The notes beneath the pieces are model-generated. The model did not search any database, was not told the origin of the DNA, and was given only the letters and a program-made list of their open reading frames with translations. The translations under genes were made by a program, and so were the position numbers. DNA of 63,184 nucleotides, filler included, from Octopus bimaculoides (lineage: Eukaryota): assembly GCF_001194135.2 (NCBI RefSeq). It is 5 parts of 4 records of this genome, joined end to end, with 100 filler letters (N's around TTAATTAATTAA, not from the genome) between each part and the next. Parts side by side here need not be neighbours in the genome. Positions count along the whole stretch, not along the records: positions 12,272 to 28,839 come from NC_068990.1; 4 more parts are not named here. One strand, given 5' to 3'. Positions 12,480 through 25,030 of this stretch are shown in pieces. Positions within the stretch are counted from its first letter, which is position 1. Each line of letters starts with the position of its first letter.

Positions 12480-13530
12480 ATTAAAACAAAGCAGAAATCT
12501 CTGACCGTTGTAAAAATTCAATCCCTATAATACTTCCACAGAAATTCAAAATCAAAACAATTCCAAATGAACCTGCCGAACAAACAAAAATTAGGGAAAA
12601 ACATGCACTCATCCATTTTACTTCAGAAATTGAGCTATTAAAGCTAAGAGCCTCAGACAATGAAGAAAAATACAAAAACATCGACGAAGAAATGCTCCAG
12701 GAAATAAACAAATACATAGACGAACACTCACCTGAAAACATTGTTAAACCCTGGAAAGAAACTTGTGAAAAAGAGGAAAGAACTTCCCTCCTACGCTGGG
12801 AGAAGAATAACAAATTTATCCTTATCCGACATTGAGATAGACATCCTCTCCCAAGGACTCAAATTCACACCGACACCCTGCAGAGTCAATCAAAGTGAAA
12901 TTAAAGACAGTGTCTCGGAGTTCTGCAGGAAATTAAGACTTGCAGAGGCATTGACAGACTTTGATGATCAGGATGAATCACTAGTCAAGAACAAAAGCGA
13001 AACAAAAGAAAGAAACAAAAACCTTGATGAATTTTGCAAACACATCGAAAACTTTCCCAGTCACCCCCTGCACAAATAAAAAACCATCCCAAACCTCAAC
13101 AAAATCCAATGGAAAGAAATTAATGAACGACAAAACAATTAAGAAATTGCAATCAAAGAAGCGGACAAAGGCAGCGCAGTGGTAACTTTGGACACGTCCT
13201 ACTACAGAAATTTAGTCAACAATGAGTATTATGAAGAAATCAACAACTACAATCACAAAAAAAAATAATGAAAAGCCTCTCCTCACTAATACATACCCAC
13301 GGGAAAGACCTCACAAAAAAAGAAGTAGATATCCTAACAAATTTCAAATATAAACCCAGCCTTTTCTATGGCCTCCCCAAAATCCACAAAAGCTCAACCA
13401 TCAATGAAGCCATCANNNNNNNNNNCCATCAATGAAGCCATCAACAACTCACCACATACATACATACATACACCAACACCAGGAGACATAAAATTATGAG
13501 TTATCATAGCTGGCCCATCCAGTGAATTAG
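12480..13530 (+). mobile_element. Penelope-like element, N-terminal ORF and start of RT, decayed
   Basis: ILSQGLKFTPTP...EFCRKLRLAE, IAIKEADKGSAVVTLD, LFYGLPKIHK and KL*VIIAGPSS are conserved PLE motifs in the correct order. Stops and frameshifts present; 3'-truncated. Confidence 0.85.
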
Positions 13531-13574
13531 ATGTTTTACACCTCTTTGAAGGAATCGTTTTTTCCTTCGTCTGT

Positions 13575-13621
<47 letters not shown>

Positions 13622-13789
13622 AACTGCTCGAAAATTTTTTCCCAAACCTATTGTACAAGATACAGTGCAAAAGTAATAAAGCTGATTTGAAGATAATAAT
13701 CTTATAATTGTCTATCAAATTATAACAGCAACAATATTCGGTACTTAATTGGTCACAAGAGCAACAAATAGGAAACATTACACGAATGT

Positions 13790-14222
13790 ATTCTTTTCTA
13801 CACTAGGCACAAGGCTCGAAATTTTGGGGAATGGGGCCAGTCGATTAGATCGACCCAGTACGCAACTGGTGCTTAATTTGTTGACCCCGAAAGGATGAAA
13901 GCAAAGTTGAGCTCAGCGGAATTTGAACTCAGAACGTAAAGACAGACGAAATACCGTTAAGCATTTCGCCCGGCATGCTAACGTTTTTTTAATTTCTTTA
14001 CTGCCCATTAGGGGCTACACACAGAGAGGACAAACAAGGACAGACAAACGGATTAAGTTGATTATATCGACCCTAGTGCGTAACTGGTATTTATCTAATC
14101 GACCCTGAAAGGATGAAAGGCAAAGTCGACCACGGCGGAATATGATCTCAGAACGTAGCGGCAGACGAAATACCGCTAAGCATTTCGCCTGGCGTGCTAA
14201 CGTTTCTGCTAGCTCGCCACCT
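13790..14222 (-). mobile_element. Two adjacent SINE family B copies with different 3' tails
   Basis: Shared head and core. Tails are TAGGCACAAGGCTCGAAATTTTGGGG (13790-13990) versus GGACAAACAAGGACAGACAAACGG (14000-14222). Confidence 0.85.
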
Positions 14223-14461
14223 TATTACATGGCTGTATTATAAATGCTATGTGTAGATGTGGTATTATATCGGGTGAAGAAAAAGAAAGAATGAAATGAG
14301 AAAACGGATTGTATATATAATCTGTCAAAATAGATGGAGATGAAAATGTATAATGTTTGGTTCCAAAAACAGAAAAATCACCCAGGGTGCACCACAAATG
14401 AATAACTGCGCGTAGGTAGGGATTTATGTGAATGTGTCTTTCTGTTCGTGTTGTATTTGTT

Positions 14462-14655
14462 CCTCATCATCGTTTGTCAATCGGTATCGGTTTGCTTACG
14501 TCCTCATAACTTAAAGTTTCGGCAAAAAAAAGACCATTAGGAATATGTACAAGGTTTAGGAAAAATAGTAAGTACTGGCGTCTATTTGTTTGACTAAACC
14601 GCTTCAGAGAGGTGTCACAGCATGGCTGCAGTCCAATGACTGAAACAAGTAGAAT
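14462..14655 (+). mobile_element. SINE family A, 3' half
   Basis: TTCGGCAAAAAAAAGACC...CAGCATGGCTGCAGTCCAATGACTGAAACAAG. Confidence 0.75.
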
Positions 14656-15147
14656 ATACAAGATGTAACAAGCAAAAAAAATTATAATAGCAAGAGTCCT
14701 TCATTTCCAAACGTCTAGCTATGCTACCACCAAACGAACGAACTTTCAACTTTCACTTTCTCACCAGCGATATCACTAGTTTCTACGATTCAACCAGAGT
14801 CTATTTACCAAGTTTTCAGCTTACACTCCTGCGCGAATCATGTCTCACAGAAATACGTTGGCCGTTTCCCTAAAGAATAGTAAAACTCGTCTTAATTAAA
14901 ATACTTTTTCTCCTGCGAATACTTGCCTCGAGATATATCAATATCGAATGATAGAAAACTGAAAGTACATATTTTCCTTTGCTCGTTCCTTCTCTTCCTC
15001 ACTTTTTTTCTTTTCATGACTCCTTTCTCTGTTCTTTCTTACAGCCCACTCACCTCTCTCTCTATATATATATATTTATCTCACTCTCTCCATTCCTCGT
15101 TCTTTGCAGCTACTGTTATTTTCTCACACTCAATAAGTAGATTAGAC

Positions 15148-15175
15148 AATCAGACAGACAGACAGACAGACAGAC

Positions 15176-15229
<54 letters not shown>

Positions 15230-15332
15230 GTAGGTATACAGACAGACAGACAGACAGACAGGCAGACAGACAGACAGACAGGCAGACAGGCAGACAGGCA
15301 GATTGATAGATAGATAGATAGATAGATAGATA
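15148..15332. repeat. Compound (GACA)n/(GATA)n microsatellite
   Basis: Read directly. Similar tracts at 27703-27781 and 46709-46790. Confidence 0.95.
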
Positions 15333-16745
15333 AAGATATTTTGTATTTTCTCTCTTTTAAATAACAATGTCACCAAATTTTTAATAAATGTCGAACAGTT
15401 TCAAATTCTACTTTCGATAACTCCAGAAAATTCAAAGCTTTTACTCGGATTTCTAATAATATATCATTTCTTTTAAGTAATTCNNNNNNNNNNNNNNNNN
15501 NNNNNNNNNNNNNNNNNNNNNNNNNNNNNNNNNNNNNNNNNNNNNNNNNNNNNNNNNNNNNNNNNNNNNNNNNNNNNNNNNNNNNNNNNNNNNNNNNNNN
15601 NNNNNNNNNNNNNNNNNNNNNNNNNNNNNNNNNNNNNNNNNNNNNNNNNNNNNNNNNNNNNNNNNNNNNNNNNNNNNNNNNNNNNNNNNNNNNNNNNNNN
15701 NNNNNNNNNNNNNNNNNNNNNNNNNNNNNNNNNNNNNNNNNNNNNNNNNNNNNNNNNNNNNNNNNNNNNNNNNNNNNNNNNNNNNNNNNNNNNNNNNNNN
15801 NNNNNNNNNNNNNNNNNNNNNNNNNNNNNNNNNNNNNNNNNNNNNNNNNNNNNNNNNNTTTTTCTTATTTTTATCAAGAAAACAATATTCGATTTACTTC
15901 CTGCGATTTTCTTTCCATCCCAGTCTTGTATTATTGAAACTGAATCTAGTTCTAAAGAAAATGCAACTTTTTCTATAAAGAGATGTATTTTTGTAGAGAA
16001 TGGTGAATTTGCTCCCGGCATTTCAGTTTTACCAATAAAGTCTTTGGCTACCGTGTATGTTATAGTTTCATTTATTTCATGTTTTTATTGGTAGAATGAT
16101 GGAGTTTCCATTTGCACATTAGTAATTACCAATCTGGAGCAGTCTCCGTATGTGCGTGTGTGTTTCTCCGACTGAATTTCCCCGATATTCGCTTTTGTTT
16201 GTCTTGTCAGTTTCCTTTAACCGGCTTGGATATTGGTGAAGGAAAGGAAAACGATGACTGTTAGATAAAGTAACAACAAGTAGAACCAGCTAAAGGATTT
16301 TACACAAAGGCGCTAAAAGTAATACAACATGGACAATACACCGATTGCCTCGAGGATCCCCTAACAAGATCTCTGAAGCAAGCTAATTTTTATTTGTACA
16401 ATCCCAATGAGCATTCTGCCTATGACAGGGAACGAACCCCTAGCCAATTGAATGTCTTTACATTGAATGTTAATGTGAAATATTTTCGAGTTGACATTGT
16501 TTTATTTATGTCAAATATAGATTATAATTTTCGTACACCATAGAGTGGTGAGGAATTTCTAATTTCGATTCCCGGCAGGAGCCGTTGCTCATTATTTGCG
16601 CCCCGTGTACCAAGTGTTCGTCTCTCTTCAATAATATGAACATGGATGTATTCTGACGGACTGGTTTGACCTTATCACTACATGAAAATGAATTCTTTAC
16701 TCTCGCCTCAGTTAGTGGAGCATTTTGCAATATTTTCATTGTTGT

Positions 16746-17195
16746 TAAGGCGGTGAGCTGGTAGAATTGTTAGCATGCCGGGCAAAATGATTGGCGGTAT
16801 TTCGTCCGTCTTTACGTTCTGGGTTCAAAATACGCCGGGTTCGACTTTGCTTTCCATTCCTTTCAGGGTCGATAAAATAAGTACTAATTGAGTCCTGGGG
16901 TCGATGAAATCGACTTAGCCTTCCTCCGTAATTGTAGGCTTTGTGCTGAAACTTGAAAGCAATATTTTCACTGTTTTTAAGGCGATTAGTTGGCAGAATC
17001 GTTATCGTGCAGGAGAAAATGCTTAGCGCCATTTCATCCGCCTTTATATTCTGAGTTCAAATTTCGCCGGGGTCAACTTTATTTTTCATCCCTCCAGGGT
17101 CAATAAAATAAGTATCAATTGAGTCCTGAGGTCAATGAAATCGACTTGCCCCTATCCCGAAATTGCTGGCCTTGTACCAAAATTTGAAACCAATA
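16746..17195 (+). mobile_element. Tandem pair of SINE family B copies
   Basis: Two successive head-core-tail units starting near 16746 and 16985. Confidence 0.85.
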
Positions 17196-17477
17196 TTTTC
17201 AGTTTTCATTTTTGTTTTTTTACAATATTTTAACAATACCAAACTGAAACATTATTTAACGCTATCGAGAATGAAACAAGAGGGCGTTGGATGAAATACC
17301 TAACACCAATTAGAATAACTCCCTTTACACTCTTAGCTGAAAACTTTGTTGCCGACAATGCGCCTATTCTCCCTGGTTGATGACAAAATATGCACCTTTA
17401 ACACACTGACGTCGAGTTACTGACTATAATTCCTTCTATAAAGAAATTCTCTTCGTACCCAGTTGGAATACTTACAC

Positions 17478-17674
17478 CAGTGGTTCTGGAACCATTTTGA
17501 TATCTGGACCAGATCCAAAACCCGGATTTTTTTAGGGGGCTGCATCAAAAGAAGTAAAACAGAAGTCAGTTAAAGAAAAGGTTAAATATTATAGAGGGAA
17601 GACTGTAGGGAGCCGCCGAAAGGATGCTTGACGGCCACATGTGGCCCTGGGGGGGTCAAGGTTGAAAACCGTTG
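17478..17674. mobile_element. hAT (Charlie-like) MITE
   Basis: Ends CAGTGGTTCTGGAACC ... GGTTGAAAACCGTTG form imperfect TIRs. 8-bp TSD ACTTACAC (17470-17477) / ATTTACAC (17675-17682). Confidence 0.75.
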
Positions 17675-18137
17675 ATTTACACGCTAACTATGCTCACTTA
17701 CAGGTATGGATATAGTTTTGAATTTCAATAAAATAAATGCTGAAAAAATTGAACTGAAACTAAGAAATGTGTTTAACATATATAAGAAAAGGAGTTAAGC
17801 CTCCTGGACATAACTTTCTCGAGTCCAACGTTTCATACGGCCGGGTGCTCTGCTTCCATGACGTATAAGTGTACGAGATCACAATATAACCCTCTAAACG
17901 GACGCCAGTCTTTTAATCGCGGGTCTACTTATTTATAGCCGAGTGGGCCAGAACAACGTTAAATGAAGTGTTTCGTTCAAAGAACACAACGCACCAATCG
18001 GACCGAGAATCGAAACTATAACCACAAGTGCAACAGCCCAAACCATTAGACCATGCGCCTTCGTTTAACATCTAAGAACAGATTAAAACGAATTTATGAA
18101 TGTCTGACTAGCGAATTTTTAAAAACTTTGATAGGCA

Positions 18138-18550
18138 CAGGAGTGGCTGTGTGGAGACGCAGGAGTGGCTGTGTGGCGGCGCAGGAGTGGCTGTGTGGTA
18201 AGAAGCTTGCTTCCGAACTACATGGTTCCGGGTTCAGTCCCACTGCGTGGCACCTTGGGCAAGTGTCTTCTACTATAGCCTCGGGCCGACCAAACCCTTG
18301 TAAGTAGATTTGGTAGACGAAAACTGAAAGAAGCCTGTCGTATGTGTGTGTGTTTGTGTTTGTCTCCCCACCATCGCTTGGCAACCGATGTTGATGTGTT
18401 AATGTCCCCGTAACCTAGTGGTTCGGCAAAAGAACCGATAGAATAAGTACTAGGCTTACAAAGAATAAGTCCTGGGGTCGATTTGTTCGACTAAAGGCGG
18501 CGCTCCAGCATAGCCGCAGTCAAGTGACTGAAACAAGTAAAAGAATAAAG
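18138..18550 (+). mobile_element. SINE family A, full-length, with triplicated 5' end
   Basis: CAGGAGTGGCTGTGTGG occurs at 18138, 18160 and 18182, followed by the normal body and 3' half. Confidence 0.9.
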
Positions 18551-18959
18551 ACTATATATTACAGGTAGATAAATTTCCAGTTTATTTTGCTTTTTTACAA
18601 TTGATAGAAAATAATAATAGTTATTTTTTTTCTTACATTGGCAACTGGCTATTAATTGGAATTTAGTCGATTATCATCGGACGAAGTCAATGATTAATAC
18701 TGATTTCATCGAACTTGAAGGTATAACATACAGAACAGTATATTTTGCATTAAGAAGGTAGAGAAACAAGAGAAAATATTGCCACGACAGTATCTTTGAA
18801 TGTAAAATATTTTTTTTTTATTTTGACTGAACATAGAGTTAATGTATTATGGAATAAGTTCCTAAATTCATTGAATCGATCTAAGTGTATTTTTTTTTTT
18901 AAGCTTGGTACTTATTCTATCACTATCTATTACCGAACTGCTACGTCAAGAGATATGTA

Positions 18960-19235
18960 AGCACACCAACACCGGTTGTTAAGCGGTGGGGATACACACG
19001 AAGACACACACACACATATATACATAAATATATATATATATATATATATATACAGACACACACACACACGCACGACGAGCTTCTTTCAGTTTCCGTCTAC
19101 CAAATCCATCCACAAGGATTTGATCGACCTGAGGTTTCAGTAGAAGACACTTGCCCAAAGTGTCACACAATGGGATTGAACCCGGAACAATGTGAATGGG
19201 AAGCAAGCTTCTTACCGCACAGCTACGCCTGCACC
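18960..19235 (-). mobile_element. SINE family A
   Basis: Reverse complement of the head and body with internal (TA)/(CA) tract. Confidence 0.8.
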
Positions 19236-20479
19236 GATATTGCAGATATTTATTTTATCAGCCTTGAAAACATTAAGAATTTTTGAACTGCGGCAAAATG
19301 TGAAATTAGAATATCGATAGAGAAAATTAAATACTGAACGTATTTAAAGAAAACAGTAGAAGATGAGATAAACTAATTATGATCTTCATCAGTAATTAAT
19401 GAATATAAACAGTTCAAAGATAGAGTAAATAGTTTTGAAGTGTGGAAGAAGAATGTCTAAGAATTTGGACAGAACCCTTCTTGGAGAATATTTTATGAAA
19501 AAATAACCCTGTTCTCCAAAACATTTAGTTTAAGCTCTTCCTCGCGATAAACCCATTAATTTCACCTTTGAACAGTAAGCATGATTTTGTATTGTGTATA
19601 CTTTTGCACGAAAGATAATAATTATTATTATTGGTTACATAATCGAATCATGAAGTTTCTACTTTATAGCAGAGATGAGTGCGATTGCAAAACATTCGTT
19701 CTTTTCCCCACAAGAGTATCATCTGTATAATTAGCTCCAAAGTGGAAGAGAAATCGAGATGCAGTCTGCGCTTGACTGTAGTTTATATCTCTTGAGCAAG
19801 GTTTAACCATAATGCTGGTTTCTCTTTCACTTGACACAAAAGTGCTATATTTTTAGAGAAGGAAATAGGATGTCGAAAATTTCATGCTTTTCCCAGGGAG
19901 AGTTGTAGCGTAAGTAAAATGAAATTGCTTCAACCGGAGATTGAACTGTGTCACACTCGTGTCTGGCCGGAAGCTTACCTCTTGCTATGTAGCTTCCGCC
20001 ACTATACTGAAACTTGATAGTTATATTTCATTGACTAACCGCGTTCGATTTACTCCCTGTTTTACATAGGTAATATTAGAAAGCAGAGAATAAAGGAATA
20101 GGCCTATATTATTAACCTGACTAACCACTGGCTCGGCAACGTAGGAAGAAATTTTCTCGCTTTATGAATCATTCAGATACAAATTAGAGATAGACAAACA
20201 TCCGGCCGACAGTTTTTCAATATAGGTTCAATAAAAACGTCCAATACAAAATGATAAAACTTGAGAAAAAAAAAAAAGAAGAAACTACTTGAGTTAAAAG
20301 ATATATGAGAGAAGAAAATCTAATGGAAGTAAAAGATAAAGTAGGAGATTCTGAAGTATTTCTTACTATCACAAAGCATTCCGGAAACAACCTAGTTATC
20401 GCTTCTGTTCTTCAGCTTTCTTACTTCAAACTCTTCACGGCTTTTCAGATTCGCTTTTTCTACTTTCTTTTTATTCTAG

Positions 20480-21129
20480 TAACAAAAGCAGGCTCATTCA
20501 TTAGAATGTCAGATAAAACTAAAAAGAAAGAAAGAAGAAAAAATGTGATAGATATTGGTGGAACTGATAAAATATTGGTGTGATAACAAAATAAATGTGT
20601 TGTGAAATATACTAGTTTATAATTGCAGCGACTGAAGGAAAAGTTTGGCTGGAGAGAAACAAAAGAAAGAAATGTTGATTATTTTATCAATGGAAAAATT
20701 TTGACAACACTTACATGCTGGCTTCATACTGAAGAGTTAGTTATGTTTGCACGTATTCTTAATTTTATCTACAATATTCTATCTTTCTCGCTTGTAGCCT
20801 TATCAAAACTGAATTCAATCTATCTACTTTCCAAACTGGTATGCTGGCTCTTTTGAGGGTTAGATATGACACATATTTTTAAAGACAATACAGTTAAAGT
20901 TAGAGGTGATGTTGCAGTGGTGGAAGTAGGTTTGACCTTAGAAAATGTATGAAGCCAGAGCTCTATATTGAACCAGAATCGAGAAACAAACGTCCATATT
21001 GATGGCTTACATAATACTAACAAGTTTAAAACTCTGAAAACTAGTATCAACATTGCAGACTTTATTATATATATAAGATTTTCGACTATTACAATCAGAT
21101 ATTCCAAGTTAAAGACAAATTAGCGAAAT
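20480..21129 (+). CDS. Candidate cluster of short exons (20480-20577, 20629-20735, 20798-20858, 21099-21129)
   Basis: AG/GT-bounded and phase-compatible, giving TKAGSFIRMSDKTKKKERRKNVIDIGGTDKIL-RLKEKFGWRETKERNVDYFINGKILTTLTCWLHTED-LIKTEFNLSTFQTGMLALLR-IFQVKDKLAK. The introns of 51 and 62 nt are very short and one donor is weak. No homology recognised. Confidence 0.2.
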
Positions 21130-21550
21130 GTAAGTAAGCTGCACGAATTAAGAAGGTTAAAAAGAAAATGTCATTAAAGTTTCTTATAAGGTTAAAACCA
21201 GAAAATATTCAGAACTTCTTTCTGAAATGTTCATTGGTTCAAAAGTTAATATGGCCGTAAATAAAATTCTTCCTACGTAGCAGCATTTCAATAATTGGGA
21301 GAGAAATACGGCGACTTTCGACGTTTCTTCTAATTATTCCCTGCTTTGTCTCTGAAGACTGGGGAGATTGCTTCAAAGTAGAAAAATATAGAAGAAAGCA
21401 GTTGGAAAGCTGGAAAATATATAATTCAGGGTCGGAAATGAGAACAGGGGGGTTAACTGAGCCGGATGTGAGACATTCATTTAGTTTACAGAGTGTCCCC
21501 ATTTTCCTGAACTGGGTCACTGTAATATGGACATATTTTTAAGGATTCCT

Positions 21551-21659
<109 letters not shown>

Positions 21660-22272
21660 TCTTCCTTTTTCTTTCTCTCTCTCTATTTACACTCACTAAA
21701 CAACTCCTATGTCGGTCAAGTAGAAGTTAATCCAAAGTAGGGAACAGCAGGGTTCGAAACAATGTTTACTGACCAGTGAGTCATAGATATCGCATGTGTG
21801 TATGTGCGCACGCGCGTGTGTGTCTATGTGTATGTGTGTGAATACACGCGCGTGTGTATGGGTATATATGTACATGTGTGTATGTGTACCTAACTAACTG
21901 CATGCGGGTTTTTCTGTGTTTGTGTGCTTTGTTTGTGCGTGTACGCGTTAAATACTATCTGTGTGAGATGGTGTGTTTATATCTATAGGAGGATATAGGT
22001 CTGTATATGAGTATGTGTATCTCTCTCTTTCTCTATGTATATATGTCTGTGTCAATTTATGTGTATACGCATGATTCTCTAACTATAGGCATGTGTATTT
22101 ATGTACGTAACTGTGTTCATGTATGTTTCCCATACATATACGCTTCTAGGTGGTGGTGGTGGTGGTGGTGGTGGTGGTAGTGGCTGCATAGTGTTTTTAA
22201 GTAGTTTCGGTCAGCTTTTTAAGCACAACTATTTCGCGTATGTTATTTATTATTGTCTGCAGGCGTGTCTGT

Positions 22273-22609
22273 GGAGGTGCAATGGCCCAGTGGTNNNNNN
22301 NNNNTGTGAGTGTTTATTGAGCGAAAACACCCAAAAAGCTCCACGAGGCTCCAGCAGGGGATGGTGGCGAACCCTGCTGTACTCTTTCACCACAACTTTC
22401 TCTCATGCTTACTTCCTGTTTCTGTTGTGCCTGTAATTCAAAGGGTCAGCCTGGTCACACTGTGTCACGCTGAATATCCCCGAGAACTACGTTAAGGGTA
22501 CACGTGTCTGTGGAGTGCTCAGCCACTTGCACGTTAATTTCACGAGCAGGCTGTTCCGTTGATCGGATCAACTGGAACCCTCGACGTCGTAAGCGACGGA
22601 GTGCCAACA
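22273..22609 (+). mobile_element. tRNA-derived SINE family C (second copy, interrupted by a gap)
   Basis: Near-identical to 54115-54505, ending GTCGTAAGCGACGGAGTGCCAACAC. Confidence 0.9.
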
Positions 22610-22611
22610 CA

Positions 22612-22773
22612 CACGCAGGTGTGGCTATGTAATAAAAAGTTTGCTTCCCAACAACATGGTTCTGGGTTCAGACCCAATGCATGGCACCTCGGCAAATATC
22701 TTCTACTGTAGCCCCGGGCCGACCAAAGGCTAGTGAGTGGACTTGCTAGACGGAAACTGAAAGAAACCAGTGG

Positions 22774-22823
<50 letters not shown>

Positions 22824-23712
22824 AAAGAAATAATTGAGATTCAGTTGAATTAGGTACTTACGTTGGAGCACCAAATCAGTCTTGTATTATCCGTACAGCT
22901 TGAAGTAAGGTGAATGAAATCATAATAAGCAACAGGATATCAAGTACGACCGTTTCAAGCAACTCCATTTAATTGAATAATGCAATCATTACATCAGCTG
23001 CACAAATAAATAAATAGAATTTTAACAAGTAGGACACATTGATATAATATTTCTCACAAATATCTTAACAGAGCAAGAAGATGGAAAAATTCATGTTGTC
23101 GCTATTATAGCTAAGAATAGACTACACTTCCAAGAATCTCATGATTCAAAATAAACATAGCCTTCTATTTTTAGATTTAGTAGTTGATGAAGAGATAAAT
23201 GAATTAGAAATGAATTACAATACCGTACAACACTATGACCCAATAGGCTTCATGCGATTCTTGGAAGTGTAGTCTATTCTTAGCTACGATAGCGGCAACA
23301 TGAATTTCTTCCGTCTTCTTGCTCTGTTAAAATATTTGAGAAAAATTATATTAATGTGTCCAACTTGTTAAAATTCTATTTATCTATTTGTGCAGCTGAA
23401 GAGAGCACTGCATTTAAATTGACGTAATCAATTAAATGGAGTTGCTTGAAACGGTCGTACTGCATTACTACTTCATATCCTGCTGCATATTTTGATGTGT
23501 GTGTGTGTGTGTTTGTGTCGGTGTTTGCCCCCTCACCCCTTGACAACCGGTATTGGTGTGTTTATGTCCCTGTCGTTAGTGGTTCGGCATGAGTGACCGA
23601 TAAAATAACAAGTGCAAAGCTTAAAAAAATAAATGCTGGGGTCAATTAGTTCGACTAGAATTCTTCAACTCAGTGCCCCAGCAAGGCCGTAGCTTATTGA
23701 CTGAAACTAGGG
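22612..23712 (+). mobile_element. SINE family A copy apparently split at its (TG)n tract by a ~670 bp insertion
   Basis: 5' half plus (TG)n at 22612-22820; (TG)n plus 3' half at about 23495-23712. The foldback element lies between them. Confidence 0.6.
22919..23496. mobile_element. Foldback / MITE with ~200 bp inverted arms
   Basis: 22943-23144 is the reverse complement of 23250-23461 (about 90% by eye plus one indel block), with a ~105 bp spacer. Weaker pairing extends to about 22919 and 23496. Confidence 0.85.
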
Positions 23713-23951
23713 AAAAATATAAATATATGTATACTGCATGTACGTACATATGTATGTATTTATGTATATAAATGTATGTAGTCTCTGGATCGATTCAATA
23801 TGCTCTAAGTACCAATCCCGGCGAGAACAGCTTTATCTTTCATTCTTTCGAATATATTGGGAGTCGACTCTCTTCCTCTCTCACTCTCTCTCTCTCACTC
23901 TCTCTCTCACTCTCTCTCACTCTCTCCCACTCTCTCTTTCCTTCTATCTCT

Positions 23952-23999
<48 letters not shown>

Positions 24000-24679
24000 A
24001 CTCACTCACTCACACACACAAACACACACACATTCAGACACTAACACACTTTCTCTCCGGAAGAAATTTGTTGATACATAAGTACCAGTTGAGCACTGGA
24101 GTCGATGTAACCGACTATCCTCCTCCCCAAAATTGCTGGCCGAGTGCCAAAATTTGAAACCAATATAAACAGTATTTAAATACCAGCTACTATTAGTTTC
24201 ACGCTGTGGGAACAATAAATCGGCTGATTTATATATCATACCATGTGCCTCTAAGCAATCCTTCAGACTCAAATAAGCAATGTGGACGCTAGTCTATGAG
24301 AAAACACGAGAAAATACGAGAGGAAGTTGTGTATTCAAATACATGTCTGTGTATGCGTAGATATCTGTATGCACATCAACGCAATTTCCTGTACACTCAT
24401 GCTTATGTACGTCCTTCTGGTTTAGTTAAAATGTTTCTCCAATAATGAAAGTACCAGCGTCTAACATACAATGTTTCATTGGGCTTATAGCAATCTTCTG
24501 TTTTATGTACGTTTCTGCGGGATTGATAATGAGGGCAAGGCCATCCGAAAAACTATAAAATTAAACGTGGGTATAGCGAGATAACGAAACGAATACAAAA
24601 ATGCCTAAATGTCACTTATTAAATGGCGTTATTAAAGATTTATCTTTTTTATTGAACAGCCTAATTTTTGAAGTTGATT

Positions 24680-25030
24680 TCCAGCCACATGGTTCCGGGT
24701 TCAGTCCTACTGCGAGGTAGCTTGGGCAAGTGTCTTCTACTATAGCCTCGGGCCGACTAAAGGCTTGTAAGTGGATACGGTAGACGGAAACTTCGCGCGG
24801 GGGTGGGGGTGAATGTGTGTGTCTTTCTGTCTGTATTTGTCCCCCATCACCGCTTGACAACTGATATTGGTGTATTTACATCCCAGTAACTTAGCAGTTC
24901 TCCAAAAGACACCGATAGAACGGCTTTACAAAGAAATAATAAGGACTGGGATCGATTTGTTCGACTAAAATTTTTCAAGGTGGTTCTCCAGCATAGCCGC
25001 AGTCTAATGACTGAAAGAACTGAAAGATAA
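24680..25030 (+). mobile_element. SINE family A
   Basis: Body and 3' half are recognisable; the internal tract is degenerate. Confidence 0.8.

Noticed and set aside
13397-13444. Direct repeat CCATCAATGAAGCCATCA around a 10-N gap
   Set aside because: Unmerged contig overlap.
16211-16264. FPLTGLD resembling a USP deubiquitinase motif
   Set aside because: Stop after 17 codons and no His-box or other USP exons nearby.
20623-21123. NUMT or selenoprotein, because the only in-frame stops are TGA
   Set aside because: The W-readthrough product resembles no mitochondrial protein I know, and no SECIS was recognised.
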